From: Lama glama
Lineage: Eukaryota
DNA: 64,000 nt
Reading direction: 5' to 3'
Assembly: GCA_028534125.1 (NCBI GenBank)
Contig: CM052839.1
Coordinates: 12,958,001 to 13,022,000, forward strand
Position numbers and translations under genes: made by a program. The notes below the pieces were generated by a model that did no database searches, had not been told where the DNA came from, and saw nothing but the letters and a program-made list of their open reading frames with translations. Positions 36,201 through 48,200 of this stretch are shown piece after piece (positions within the stretch are counted from its first letter, which is position 1; every line of letters begins with the position of its first letter).

Positions 36201-39200
36201 CCATCTCTCTGGGACTGCCGCGCCAGCAGGAGGCCGCCAAGCCAGGTCAGTGACCACACACCCGGACGTCTCACGTTCGTCGTGTCGCAGTCAGGGACCC
36301 ACACTTGCTCACCTCACTTTCTCTCGCTTTGGTTCTTAGCTCCTGTGCCCTACATCAAACAGGAAGAATTTTCTCCCCGAAGCCAGAACTCACAGCCTGA
36401 GGGCTTACTGGTCAGAGCCCAGCACGAAGGAGTGGTCAGAGGTAAGACATGCTGCTCGGTAGAGGTAGTGAGCTTTTGTCCCCAGGAAGTGTAGTAAAGG
36501 AAGGCAGCGACGTGTTTCAGGGATGGGCCTTTAACTGAGAGCCTTTAATTCTAAGTTTAAGTTTTCTTTCTGTATAAAGATGATTTAAAATCTTTGAAAT
36601 TTTGCATTTCTGCAGCCCTCTTTAATGATTGCAGAGTTATTGTAAAAGTACATTTTGATAAAACAGAAACCCTTCTTCTTGTGCTGCCGTTTCCTTCTCT
36701 TCTTACCTCTGCCAAGTTGGGGCTGATTTTGTTTGGTTTTTTCGGGTGTAGGGGTGTGATTCACTAACGGTTTTGTTTTCATTCAGGTACCACGGGAGCC
36801 ATTCAGGAGGGCAGTATAACTCGGGGAACCCCAGCCAGCAAACTTCCTGTGGAGGGCATCCCGTCCCTCCGGGGCTCCATCACCCAGGTGAGCGGCTCAT
36901 CCTTGGGGCTCTGGTCAGGGGCTCGCCAGAGAGCGGGAAGCAAAGCCTCGAGAGCCTTGGCTGTCCCAGCAGCACAGCTTTGTGCCTGAGTTGTTCGCTG
37001 TTCTGGGTTATGGGGCTGGTCTCAGTGACCGTAATCCCCGGATCTATAAATAGTCTGCAGAAAGAAATTAAGGTGATAATTTTTGACCGTAAGGCGCATT
37101 ATATTTATACTCTGGTTCACTTGAAAAGGTCACTTCTTTGCAAACTGGCAGAAGAAACAAGTTCTGGTTGGTGCAGCTCTCACTGTCTTCCTGGCACAGC
37201 TTTGACGATGTGTTCAGCTTAAATAGAAACTGAGAAGAAAATCATTGCAAATTACCTGCTTGCTTTTGCCCCTTCCGGGAAGGAAAGCCCGCCGTCTCAG
37301 CGTGTAAGCTGCCTTGCTAGGCTATCGTGCTGCCCTAGGAAGTATGGACGGCGTTGACGAAAGCACCAAAAATCAAGCATCTTCTTGTAATTTTAGGCGA
37401 AATACATTGCCACTTTTGATTAATAAAAGGTCTTTCTTTTCCTTGGTTAAACGTTACCTTTAGTTTGAAATGTAAAGCAGTCTTTAGCCTCTTCATTAAC
37501 TGGAGCTGCACGGGGAGTTCTGTTTTGGGAAGTCACTGCAAACAGAGTCCTGTGCTTCCGTGCGCTGTGCCCAGGACAAGTGTTCTGTTCTGTTCCTGTT
37601 TCTGGTCTTGTGTTCCTGCTCCCTGGCACAGTGGGTGTTCAAGTTGGGTCCCCAGAACAGCAGCGTCAGTGTCATCTGGAAACGCCCAGGCCCAACCCAG
37701 GTGTCCTGGCAGGGCCCAGCCGCCTGTGTTCTGGCCTCGCGGTGATTCTGCTGTGTGCCCAGCGGAGAACCCGGCCCTCGGCATAGGCTGTGCTCCCGAG
37801 CGTCAGCGTGCCCTGGAAGCTCGTTAGCGCAGCACGGACACTGCACCCCCACCGCGACCTGCTGAGTCAGAACCTCCGTTAGAGCAACAAGAGTCCCCAG
37901 TGACTTCTTCCTGCGACGTGGTTTACTGCGAGGACGGCACGTAGTGATGTAGAAAGGCACACACCAACTCTTCAGATCTCCTTCCCCGTTTGACCGAAGT
38001 CGTCCGTCCCCCTGGAGTTGGTTTACAGAATAAGCAAATACTAGTATAACAACAGAAGACAGACAGATGGCTGATGTGTCTTCCTTTCCTTCTTCACTTT
38101 CACCCCAGCGCTGGGACTGTGGGTGGGAAGTCAGGATGGACCGGGTCAGAAGAGGCTGGGCTCTACTTGCTGATTTCCACACCAGCCTGCCCGAGTGGTG
38201 GCACACTTCTGAAGAGGGTGTAAGGGTTTCCAGGTGTTTACTACCAAGTTCACCCCTTGGCTACATGAGTAGGTGCCTCATCACAGCCCTGCTGGGGCGT
38301 GTGGGTTCAGAGTGACTTTGCAGGAGGTTTGGGGACCTGACTGTGTGCATGGGCTGGGGCTGGGCCCCTCACTCCCGTTCAGTCCAGGCAGCTCACTTTT
38401 CCAAGCGTTGTGCACAATTTCCACGAGTGATTTCCCCCAAAAGAAGGGCTACTGCTCACAGGAATGGCAGGGAGAACCGTGGCCTTAGGCAGACTCAGAG
38501 GCCGTGGCCTGAGCTGAGTCACGTCACAGCCCGGCATCTGAGTGCCCCCTTGTCACGATATGAGAGAAAGAGGAGGTACTTCAGTTTAAAGCCTAATTTA
38601 TCATCTTATTTTTCTTAGAAATTTTGAAAAAGCTTTACTGTATTTGCATGATTTTAGGCCCTACGGCAGATTTTGTTTCTGAGAGTTCAATGCCTTCCCA
38701 GAGGTCTGACTTGAAGGAGGGGAGGCTGCTTCAGCTCACACCCCTCTTGGCGTCTTAAGAAGCTTTGTGTGGCAGGGTCTGAGGACGAAGGCCTAGGAGC
38801 TCTTTTCATTTATACCGTGTGTCTGGTTCCCCTCATGTGCTGGCCTTTCCTGCTTGAGGACGCTGCTTGATCTGGTGGGTTACATCTTCTGAGTGCCCTT
38901 GGTTTCCTGTAAATGTGAGTGACCCGTAATGCCTGTGTTTGACTTGATGACAGGGGACCCCGGCTCTGTCCCAGGCTGGCATCCCAACCGAGGCTTTGGT
39001 GAAGGGGCCCATTTCTAGACTGTCCATTGAAGAGGGCGGTCCTGAGAAGGGCCGAGAGGAAGCTGCATCCAAAGGCCACGTCATCTATGAGGGCAAGAGC
39101 GGACACATCTTGTCCTATGACAGTAAGTGCCACGCCGAAACGCGGGGCTGAACACGTGGGTCTGGGTCCCCGTGCCTGCCGTGGGAAGTGGGTTTTCCTT

Positions 39201-42200
39201 CCCTGGGTCCAGGTTGCCTCCCTGTGATGTGCAGAGGGATAATACTGGTACTTCCCACGGGACCTGTGGAAAGGGACCCACAGTGCAGAGCCCATAGTGG
39301 GAGTCCCCAGGCGGCCCTGCATCATCAGCCGTGGGCAGGCAGCTTAGCCCAGGGGAGAATCTTTGTTTAACATTAATCGAATCACTTTTATTTTACAGGG
39401 ATACCTATTTTATGAGCTAAAAATTAGGGCACACCTAGTAGTCTGATAATCATGGAAAGAGTATTGAATATAAATTCTTCTTAAATCTATTTTCATGTCT
39501 CTTTGTAGGAAAACATTTTAGATGTGCTCTTAGGGTTAAGTTTTAAATTGGGTGCTGCTCTGAGCAGAGTGGTGAAGCCTCCCGCCTGGGGTGTGGCCCT
39601 TCCCTTTGTCCCGCGCACCTGCCCGATAGTCACTCAGCAGCCGTGGGGTATCAGGTGACGTCACGACGTTGCAGTGCTGTGTTCACGTGCCCCTTGCCCG
39701 CGCCCTTAGGCGTCTGGCCTCCCAGCCCTCTCAGGGGCCGCGGTCCTTCTCTCCTCATGGCGCCTGTGACTCTGCAGTGGCCCCTGCCAATGCACCTGTG
39801 CCCACCGCCACTGGGGAGGTTTCACCAGGGAAGGGACCTAGTTTGTTAACCGTTATCTGCAAGCCTGGCTTATGCCTGGGACTCGATACATAGATTTGAG
39901 TGAACAAAAACATTTTTGCAAATGTCATCTACACAGATGTCTATGGTAGGTTACAACCAGTATCTACATTGTTATCTTTGCACGATGGTGACATTGAGAT
40001 AACTTGTTTGTGGAACAGCAGGCCTTGGGCTCCCTGAGCAGCTCCTGTGTCTACGTCCTGCAGATATTAAGAACGCCCGAGAAGGGGCAAGGAGCCCTAG
40101 GACAGCGCACGAAATCAGCCTGAAGAGAAGCTACGACTCCGTGGAAGGAGCTCTGAAGCCAGGGTTGTCCGTGAGGGAGTCTCCCGTGTCAGCACCGCTA
40201 GAGGGTAAATGCTGTGTCCGCAACACTGTGGAGAGGCGTTTAATTCTGTGTAGTGAGTTTACGTTGTTGGGTTAGGTTGTGTTCAGTCTCTTGTCGTTTC
40301 CACTGAAATTTACATTTATGTCAATATACAAATGAAACATATTATTAATACATGTAATATACAATATAACACTCAGTATGGAATCTGCGTTAATACACGC
40401 TCTGTTACATCTGTACGTAAGCCGAGCGGTGCACGCCGTGGGGGGACGCGGGGGTGGGACAGAGCTGGTCTCACCACGGGCGGCGGTTCGGTTGCTCGCA
40501 GAACCTGTATGTTATTCCTGTTTGTGAGTTTGAAAAATGTCACATTTATCATGAGAACTTTGTCTGTTATCGTGAGGCAGGTGGAGGGGTGTAGTGAGCA
40601 GAGCAGACGTGCGTCTGAGCCCCAGCTGCACCCTCTGCTGGCGAACTGCTCTGCGCCCGTCTCCCCATTGGCCAAGGGGCTGGGTGTTTTAATTGTGTGT
40701 GAGGACGGGGCGCGCGTTCCTAACTTGGTTGTTTTGTTGGTGTTGCGTTCCTTAAATCTTAACCTGTCTCAACTGTTTAACTTTAATCTAGATGAAATTC
40801 TAAAAACAGTGTGAGGTCTTAGAAGGCCTGCGTAATTTTCTAAGAGCTGGATTTTTGCTGTAGTGAAAAAAAATCACTTTCCTTAATTCAGGTTTGTTGG
40901 CAACATAACCTGGAACTTCTTAGGAGGTTCTTTGGCTCTTTGATTCCAACTTGCTGTTTCATTTACTGTATTTTGCCCATTTCTGAGGCGTCCGTCTTTG
41001 ACGTTTCCCCGCCTCACAGATGCGTTTCAGAGCCGAGAGTGGTTTCCAGACCCTCTGTGTTCTCTCACCGCGATAAAAAGGCACTGGGACTTCAGACTTG
41101 GCTCTGAAAGTGCTGCTCTTTGCTGTTTGACCTGTACTAGACGTCCTCTGTGGCCACTTCCTAATTGGGAAAACGTGTAAAAAGGAGCGAGTGATGTCAT
41201 GCTGGTACTTGCAGCTTTTATTTTTCCCGTGATGTTCATCTGAGTAGTCTGCAAACTTAAAATGATGCCCCGTTCTGCACGGAGCCCCCGTCACCAGCAC
41301 CTGCTCTCAGGGCAGCGTGACGTGCGTGACGTGCGTGACGTGTGTGACGAGGACGTGAACTGACCTGCACGTGTGTCTAACACCTGGACCGCTTTCTCGT
41401 TTGGAAGGGCTGATATGCCGGGCGCTGCCCAGGGGGAGCCCTCACGCGGACCTCAAGGAGAGGACTGTGCTGTCTGGGTCCATAATGCAGGGTAAGCCTT
41501 CCGCTCGCTCGCCTGCCTTCACGGCTGCCTCACGGGCACCGTGGTTCGGCATGAACTTGCCCTGCACAAGGCCTGTTTTTAAGGTATTTTCCCTTTTGAA
41601 ATACTAGATATTTGAGTGCCGACTGTAACTCTTCTCTGAGCTACGTGTCTATTTGAAGATGACAGTTACCTAATCTCTGACTGCAGAGACTCCTTCATTG
41701 TGTGAGAGCCATCCTGGGACTGGTGAACAGTGTCTTAACTCTTGGGCAGCCCTGGAAAGATAACGCCCGATGAGTGTTTCTCGGAGAGGCTGCTGTGAGG
41801 AGAGGCTGATTAGAAGCTGCAGGATGGCAGGGCACTGAGTTCTTGCACTGCAGTAAATTACATAGGACAGAACTGACTGAAGTTTTTAGTGCCCAGTTCA
41901 GTGGCATTATTTTAATGAGTGTGTTTCTGGAATCCTTTCTTGAAGGTACACCAAGAGCGACCACTGAGAGCTTTGAAGACGGCCTTAAGTACCCCAAGCA
42001 GATTAAACGGGAGAGCCCGCCCATTCGTGCGTTCGAAGGCGCCATCAGCAAAGGGAAGCCTTACGACGGCATCACCACCATCAAAGAGATGGGGCGCTCG
42101 GTGCATGAGATCCCGCGGCAGGACGCGGCTGCTCCGGAGAGCCGGAAGACCCCAGAGGGGGTCCCGGGCACCAGGCCCATCGTCGAGGGCTCCATCTCCC

Positions 42201-45200
42201 AGGTACCCGCCCCGGCATCTGGGGGGGCGGTTCCAACATGTGACGTTGTGATGGTAAGTCGTGCTTCAGACGGCAGGGCTCGTGGAACAAAAGCGCAGGT
42301 GTGTGTATGCTTTCTCCTTAGCCTTCCTCGTGTAGGAGTGTGGGGGCACGTCGTGCGGGTGGGGTCGCACAGGCTGGGTGCACGCCGGCCAAGGTCACTG
42401 GGACCCAGACGTGGCCCTGCCTGGGCTACCGTGACCCTTGTCTCTCCCCTAGGGCACCCCCATCAAGTTTGACAGCAGCTCGGGTCCGTCTGCCATCAAA
42501 CACAACGTCAAGTCCTTGATCACGGGGCCTAGCAAGCTGCCGCGTGGGATGCCTCCGCTGGAAATCATGCCAGAGAACGTGAAAGCGGCCGAGCGGGGCA
42601 AGTACGAGGACATGAAGGCGGGGGAGCCCGTGCGCTCCCGGCACACGTCGGTGGTGAGCTCCGGCCCCTCGGTCCTGCGGTCCACGCTGCACGAGGCCCC
42701 CAAAGCGCAGCTGAGCCCAGGGCTTTATGAGGACGCCAGCGCACGGCGCACGCCCGGCAGTTACGCCAGCACCGTGTCCAGAGGCTCCCCCATGCTGAGC
42801 AGAGCCCCCGATGGTGCGTCTCGCCCCGTCCCTGTCCGACCCCTGTCACCGTGCTCGTCCCCCCTCTGCAGGCGGCATGTGTCTGAGTGTCAGCTCAGCA
42901 GGTGACACGTGCAGGCTGTGCCTGACACCCCCTCGGGCGGGGAAGGCTGGCTACCTCCCAGGTTGAGAGGAGCCATAATGTAGGTCATGTACCTAATATT
43001 ATAATTAAGTGCAGGGTGTGGTGCAGTCCAGAAATGCTCTAGAGTAAGAAATGCTTGGAGAGGGTTTTCATCCATTCCTTTGGGGTTTTCTGGAGGCCCG
43101 TCTTGACCCGGGCTTGCGGTGCAGTCTGGTGCGCTGGTGGAGTTAGGCCATGGAGCGAGACTGCTGAGCCTTGAATCAAGGTTCTTCGTACTGCGTTGAC
43201 GTGGACAAGTCGCTTCACTTCCCTGTGCTGTGGCTTCCTCGTCGTGCAGTGGCGATGTGAGAGGCGGCCTCACCTTGCTGGACTGTTGCGAGGAGGGCTG
43301 TAGGAGGGCAGCGCTGGCGTGCAGGAAGGGCTTGGCAGCGTGCACTGTGGTTGCTGGTGTTGCTGCCATCCTCACCGTGACCCTGCTCCTCCCCCAGCTT
43401 TGTGCTGCCGGCGGGGACGTCACTGAGGAGAAGGGCGTGGATTTTTACCAGGTGTCCCGGAAATAATCTGAGGCCCTTAAAAATCTTTCCACTTATCATT
43501 TGAAGCTGTACTGCAGTCCTTATCAGGGGCTTCTGTGCGGGGTCCTGGGCAGGACTCTGGGGCGGAGAGGGAGGGGGAGGCAGCACCCGCTCAGGGGTAG
43601 GGGGAACCCAGGCCAGCGGGCTCTGGTTTTGGAGGAGAAGGACCTCCCTGCAGAGGGCAGGGTGCTCCGCGTTTGAGCAGGCTGCGGCGTGAGGGGCTGT
43701 GAGGAAACAGCGTGATCTCTTGGTTTTGACAGGAAGGTTTGATTGTGGGGAAGTTGATACTATCAAAATACTAACAGTTAGCCAGTGGGGATGGCTGCAC
43801 AACACTGTGTGTGTGTGTCACGGAAGTGTATGCTCTGAAATGGCTGAAACTAAATTCTGTGTTCTGTGTGTTTTACCGCAGTTGTTAAAGCAGTGGGGGG
43901 GCGGGTGGACGACCTGACCTCTGAGTCACGTCAGGGAGAACGGAGAGGCTGGAGCAGGGAGGGGTTGATGCTGGTGTGGTGACGAGCATCTTTGAGGAAG
44001 GACAGAGCCAGGGAGCAGCGGGACCCAGCAAGAGGGGGAAGGCGGGCAGAGAGGGCGCGGGGTCGGCGCACGTGGGGTCCGGAGACTTGAGGATACTGGG
44101 TCATGTGGAAAGCAGGCTCCCCGTGCTGAGCAGAGCCCCCGATGGCGCGTCCCGCCCCGTCCCTGTCGGGGGTTACAGGAGAGTGCTGCGTGTCCTTCTC
44201 CGTCTTGGAGAACATTCGGTGGCGAAGCCTGGTGCTGGGATCCCGGAGCGGGCCGTCTCCGAGTCGCAGAGGCTTCCACCAGTTCTTCACGTTTGCATGT
44301 TGAGTGTTGAATGTTTAGTGGAAGGAGAAGGTCGGCTGTTACGTGGATGTGGTCTGTATTTGAATGCTTGAGAAACAGATAAACACTGTCACACGCAGTG
44401 AGTTTGCGTAAGAATTTGTGGTGGTGGCTATTTCTCTTCCAGTTACGATTTCTTCTAGCAAGTCCAGCAGTCACGAGAGAAAATCGACCCTGACGCCCAC
44501 CCAGAGGGAGAGCATCGCCGCCAAGTCCCCGGTGCCGGGGGTGGACCCCGCAGTCAGCCACAGCCCCTTCGAGCCCCACCACAGGGCCGGCGCGCCCGGG
44601 GAGGTGTATCGCAGCCACCTCCCCACACATCTGGACCCAGCCCTGCCGTTCCACCGCGCTCTGGACCCTGGTAAGCACAGTGCCGAGTGAGAACGTGAGG
44701 CAAAGGAACGAGTCACCTGCATGGCTTCCTAAACTTGCCGTTGTGAGGGTGCAGCAGGCAGACAGCTGCGCGCGTCGTCAGCATCCAGCTCAGCGAGGCT
44801 TCACAAGCTGGGAGTCAGGGAGCAGAATGTTACCAGCGCCCCTGAAGAAACATGCTGGGTAGATGCAAAGCCCTCTTATCTGACAGCATCTGGTCGAGCT
44901 GATTGGAAAAATAGGTTAATGTGAAGAACTTTTTTTAATGGAGGTACTGGGGACTGAACCCGGGCCCTCGTGCCGTCTAAGCCCACACCCCTGCTGAGCT
45001 GCGCCCACCTCCCTGAAGAACGGTTTTTAATGACACAGACATACCTTGTGCATTTCGATTTACAACACAGACACTCGTTTACCGGTGTTCTGCCGTACGG
45101 TCAGGGCCACTGTCAGTCTTGTACAAATGACAGTCACTCATTTCCATGTTCAATTTTTTAAGTGAAGCTAGAATTTAAAGACACTTCAAAGCAATCTAAA

Positions 45201-48200
45201 TACAGCATCCTTCTAGTGTTTCCCCAGTCTTTTGAAGTTACCTAGTCCACACCTAACTCAGCTGTTGCACTGAGTCTTTCTTTCCAAAGCAGTCAGCCGA
45301 GCTTCCAGAGAGACCACCCTTTTGCTGCTTCTCTGATTTACAGATTCCTTCCCTAAGTTACACAATTACAGCAGCAAGTACAGGAAGGAACTTCCGAACA
45401 GACCCCACTGGCGGTGGCCTTGGCGGGTGGGCAGTCTGCACTGGGCACAGGGCTGGTGGGTTGGCTGGGCTGTCTGGGTGTCAGCGCCGTCAAGCTGCCT
45501 GTCACTTGAGAGCGCTGAGGCTCAGACACACCCCTGGCTCTTCAGGGACTGTCTCCCAGGACTGAGGTGGAAGCCCCACACCGTCAGCCGGCAGACTTAG
45601 CTGGGAGTCCCAGACGAGGGGAAGCAGACACTCCAGAAAGCTCGTCACATGTCCTTCGAGGGAGAACACGTCCCTCACGCTCTCAGAATGTTTGCACTTT
45701 GACTTAGTGTTTATCACCGTCCTTTAGAGCAGTTTCACTGGTTTGTCACCTTTGGGTTGGAGCTGGAGTGTGAGCGTTCTAAGGATAGAGGTGTCACAGT
45801 CTGCTTTTTCTCCTTCCAGTTCTGTTGAGCTGTAATTGACATACCGCGCTGTGTGAGCTCACAGTGTATGTTAGCTTCTGCCCTCTTCCCACCCCCGCCC
45901 TTCCTGGCATCTGGGTCCTGTGCCAACCCAGAGGTGCTGACCTGCGGCCTGGGGGCCAGACCCTGCTGCTGCCTGTCTGTGCAAATGAAGTTTTATCAGA
46001 ACGCAGCCCCACCCATTCCTTTACATTTTTTGTTTCACGCTGTGATGACAGTGCAGTAGGTGTGACAGAGACCAGAGCTGAAAATACTTCGCACCCGGCC
46101 CTTTGCAGACTAGTCTCTGCCCTGAGCACGTGCACTCATCAGAAGGGTGAAGACTGTTCGTTACAAAGTATTTTCACGTGTGTTTCCCCTTAGTTGTAGG
46201 AGATGATCAACGCTACAAAACACAATTTTAACTTCAGACACAGCTCTTGGAGACTTCAGGTGGGAAATCTAATAGTTACAGGGCAAAGACTGAAAGTGGA
46301 ACTACTTGAGAATTGTTTTAGCTCCTGTTCTGGTGGTAAAAAGCTGAGTGCTCCCACTCTGTCCAGCGTGTCCGCCGCCGTCCATGGCACCTGACATCAG
46401 TGATCCTGTCATAACGCTGATGTGTCGGGTCTAAGCAGAACTGACCCCACACGTGAGCTCAGCAGGCGCTTATTCCAGACTCTGTGGGTGACGTTGGGCA
46501 GAGGAGTCCCACCCAGACCAAGCTAAGGGCAGTTCTCTCTCCTTTCCCCCAGCAGCTGCTGCGTACCTGTTTCAGAGACAGCTGTCGCCCACTCCCGGCT
46601 ACCCGAGCCAGTACCAGCTGTATGCGATGGAGAACACGAGGCAGACCATCCTGAACGACTACATCACCTCGCAGCAGATGCAAGTGAACCTGCGCCCCGA
46701 TGTGGCCAGAGGGCTCTCCCCGCGGGAGCAGCAGCTGGGCCTCCCGTACCCGGCCGCCAGGGGTGTGTGTCTGCACAGCTCAGGTGGAGCCTGGGGAAGG
46801 AGTAAGGGGAGGAGAAGCGGACCATCCCTTCTGTCTGTGAGGGACCCAGACGAGCGTGCTCGGGTCTGAAATCACAGTTTTACCAGTCGCCCGCCCCCCC
46901 TCTTCGGTCTGTCCCTGCGCTAGGCTGCTGGTGTGGGCACAGCATTTTGTGCCCTTCTCTAGATTACAGAAGCTCTTACAGAGCCGTGATGCCCTTAAAC
47001 AGCTTGGTTTATACTCTCTGCAAGTAATCACTGGGTTTCAGAGAGAAGCAGAATGAAAAGCACGCGTAGCTCTGCATCCGTAGACTGACGCTCGAACCCG
47101 ACACAACCGTGTTGTATTTCTTTGGACCAGGAATCATTGACCTGACCAACATGCCTCCAGCAATTTTAGTGCCTCATCCAGGGGGAACAAGTACGCCTCC
47201 CATGGACAGAATCACATACATCCCCGGTACCCAGATCACCTTCCCCCCCAGGCCGTACAACTCGGCATCCATGTCTCCAGGTGAGAGCCTGCGGTCACAC
47301 TCGTGCGTTCACAGCACAGCCTTTGAGGGTACTTTTTCCCCATTCAGTCTGCACATTTTCTTGAGTATTCAGTAGTCATTCCTGCATGCCATCTGTCCCT
47401 AGGTGCTCCAGAAATTCCCTAGAGTTTGTGTTGTCTCCGCTTTCCACCTGAGACTCTAAATACAGCAGACCTCCTTCACCTCAAATGTGAAACTTGCTGA
47501 AAAACTTTCAGTCCCTTAAGAATTAAAAAATTGTTTGCTGGACCTGCCAGTGGACGTTCTGTCCTCAAGTCGCAGGCCTTGTTTTACAGGACACTCGACA
47601 CACCTTGCTGCGGCGGCAAGTGCCGAGCGGGAGAAGGAGCGGGAGCGCCTGGCCACGGCCCCCTCGGACCTGTACCTGCGGCCAGGTGGGTGCGGGGCTG
47701 GGGCACGGGCGCGGCCTGGACCTGAGCTGCATCCTGCCGCACCCGGCAGAGGCTCCCAGCTGTGTGGGGAGGCGGGGAAGGAGGGTTGGAAGGTCGTGAC
47801 GTTTAGAGTCACGGTTCGGTGCAGGAGGCAGGTGCTGTGGGGACAGGGCACTTGGGTGGCAGTGGCGTGAAGCAGTGAGGACCCAGCAGGTGGCAAGGTC
47901 CGTGCCAGGAGGACCGCAGGACCATCGTCACTGCATCCTCTGACACACCCTCTGGGTCTTGGCGGCGGCCAGGAAGTTGCTGCTGGGACACGGCGGCTGG
48001 GATGCCCGAGGGACTCGGCAGTCACGAGGCGGGGAGGGACGAGACGAGTGGGCGCAGATGGGTCACTGTTTTTACCTTGGATGCAGCTGGTCCACACACC
48101 TTTGGAACATTTGTTCTTATCCGCGGTGTAACTGTCTCAGTGAGATCAAACCACTTGCCACATCTGTGTTGTTAGACAGACACGGATCTGGCACTTAGGA

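Noticed and set aside
37496-38206. 236-aa minus-strand ORF, and similar ORFs at 43215-43805, 43926-44678 and 54808-55380
   Set aside because: No recognisable homology or splice structure; expected by chance in GC-rich intron or as exon shadows.
41315-41349. CRISPR-like or spacer-containing array
   Set aside because: Contiguous 9-bp tandem repeat with no spacers, in eukaryotic DNA.
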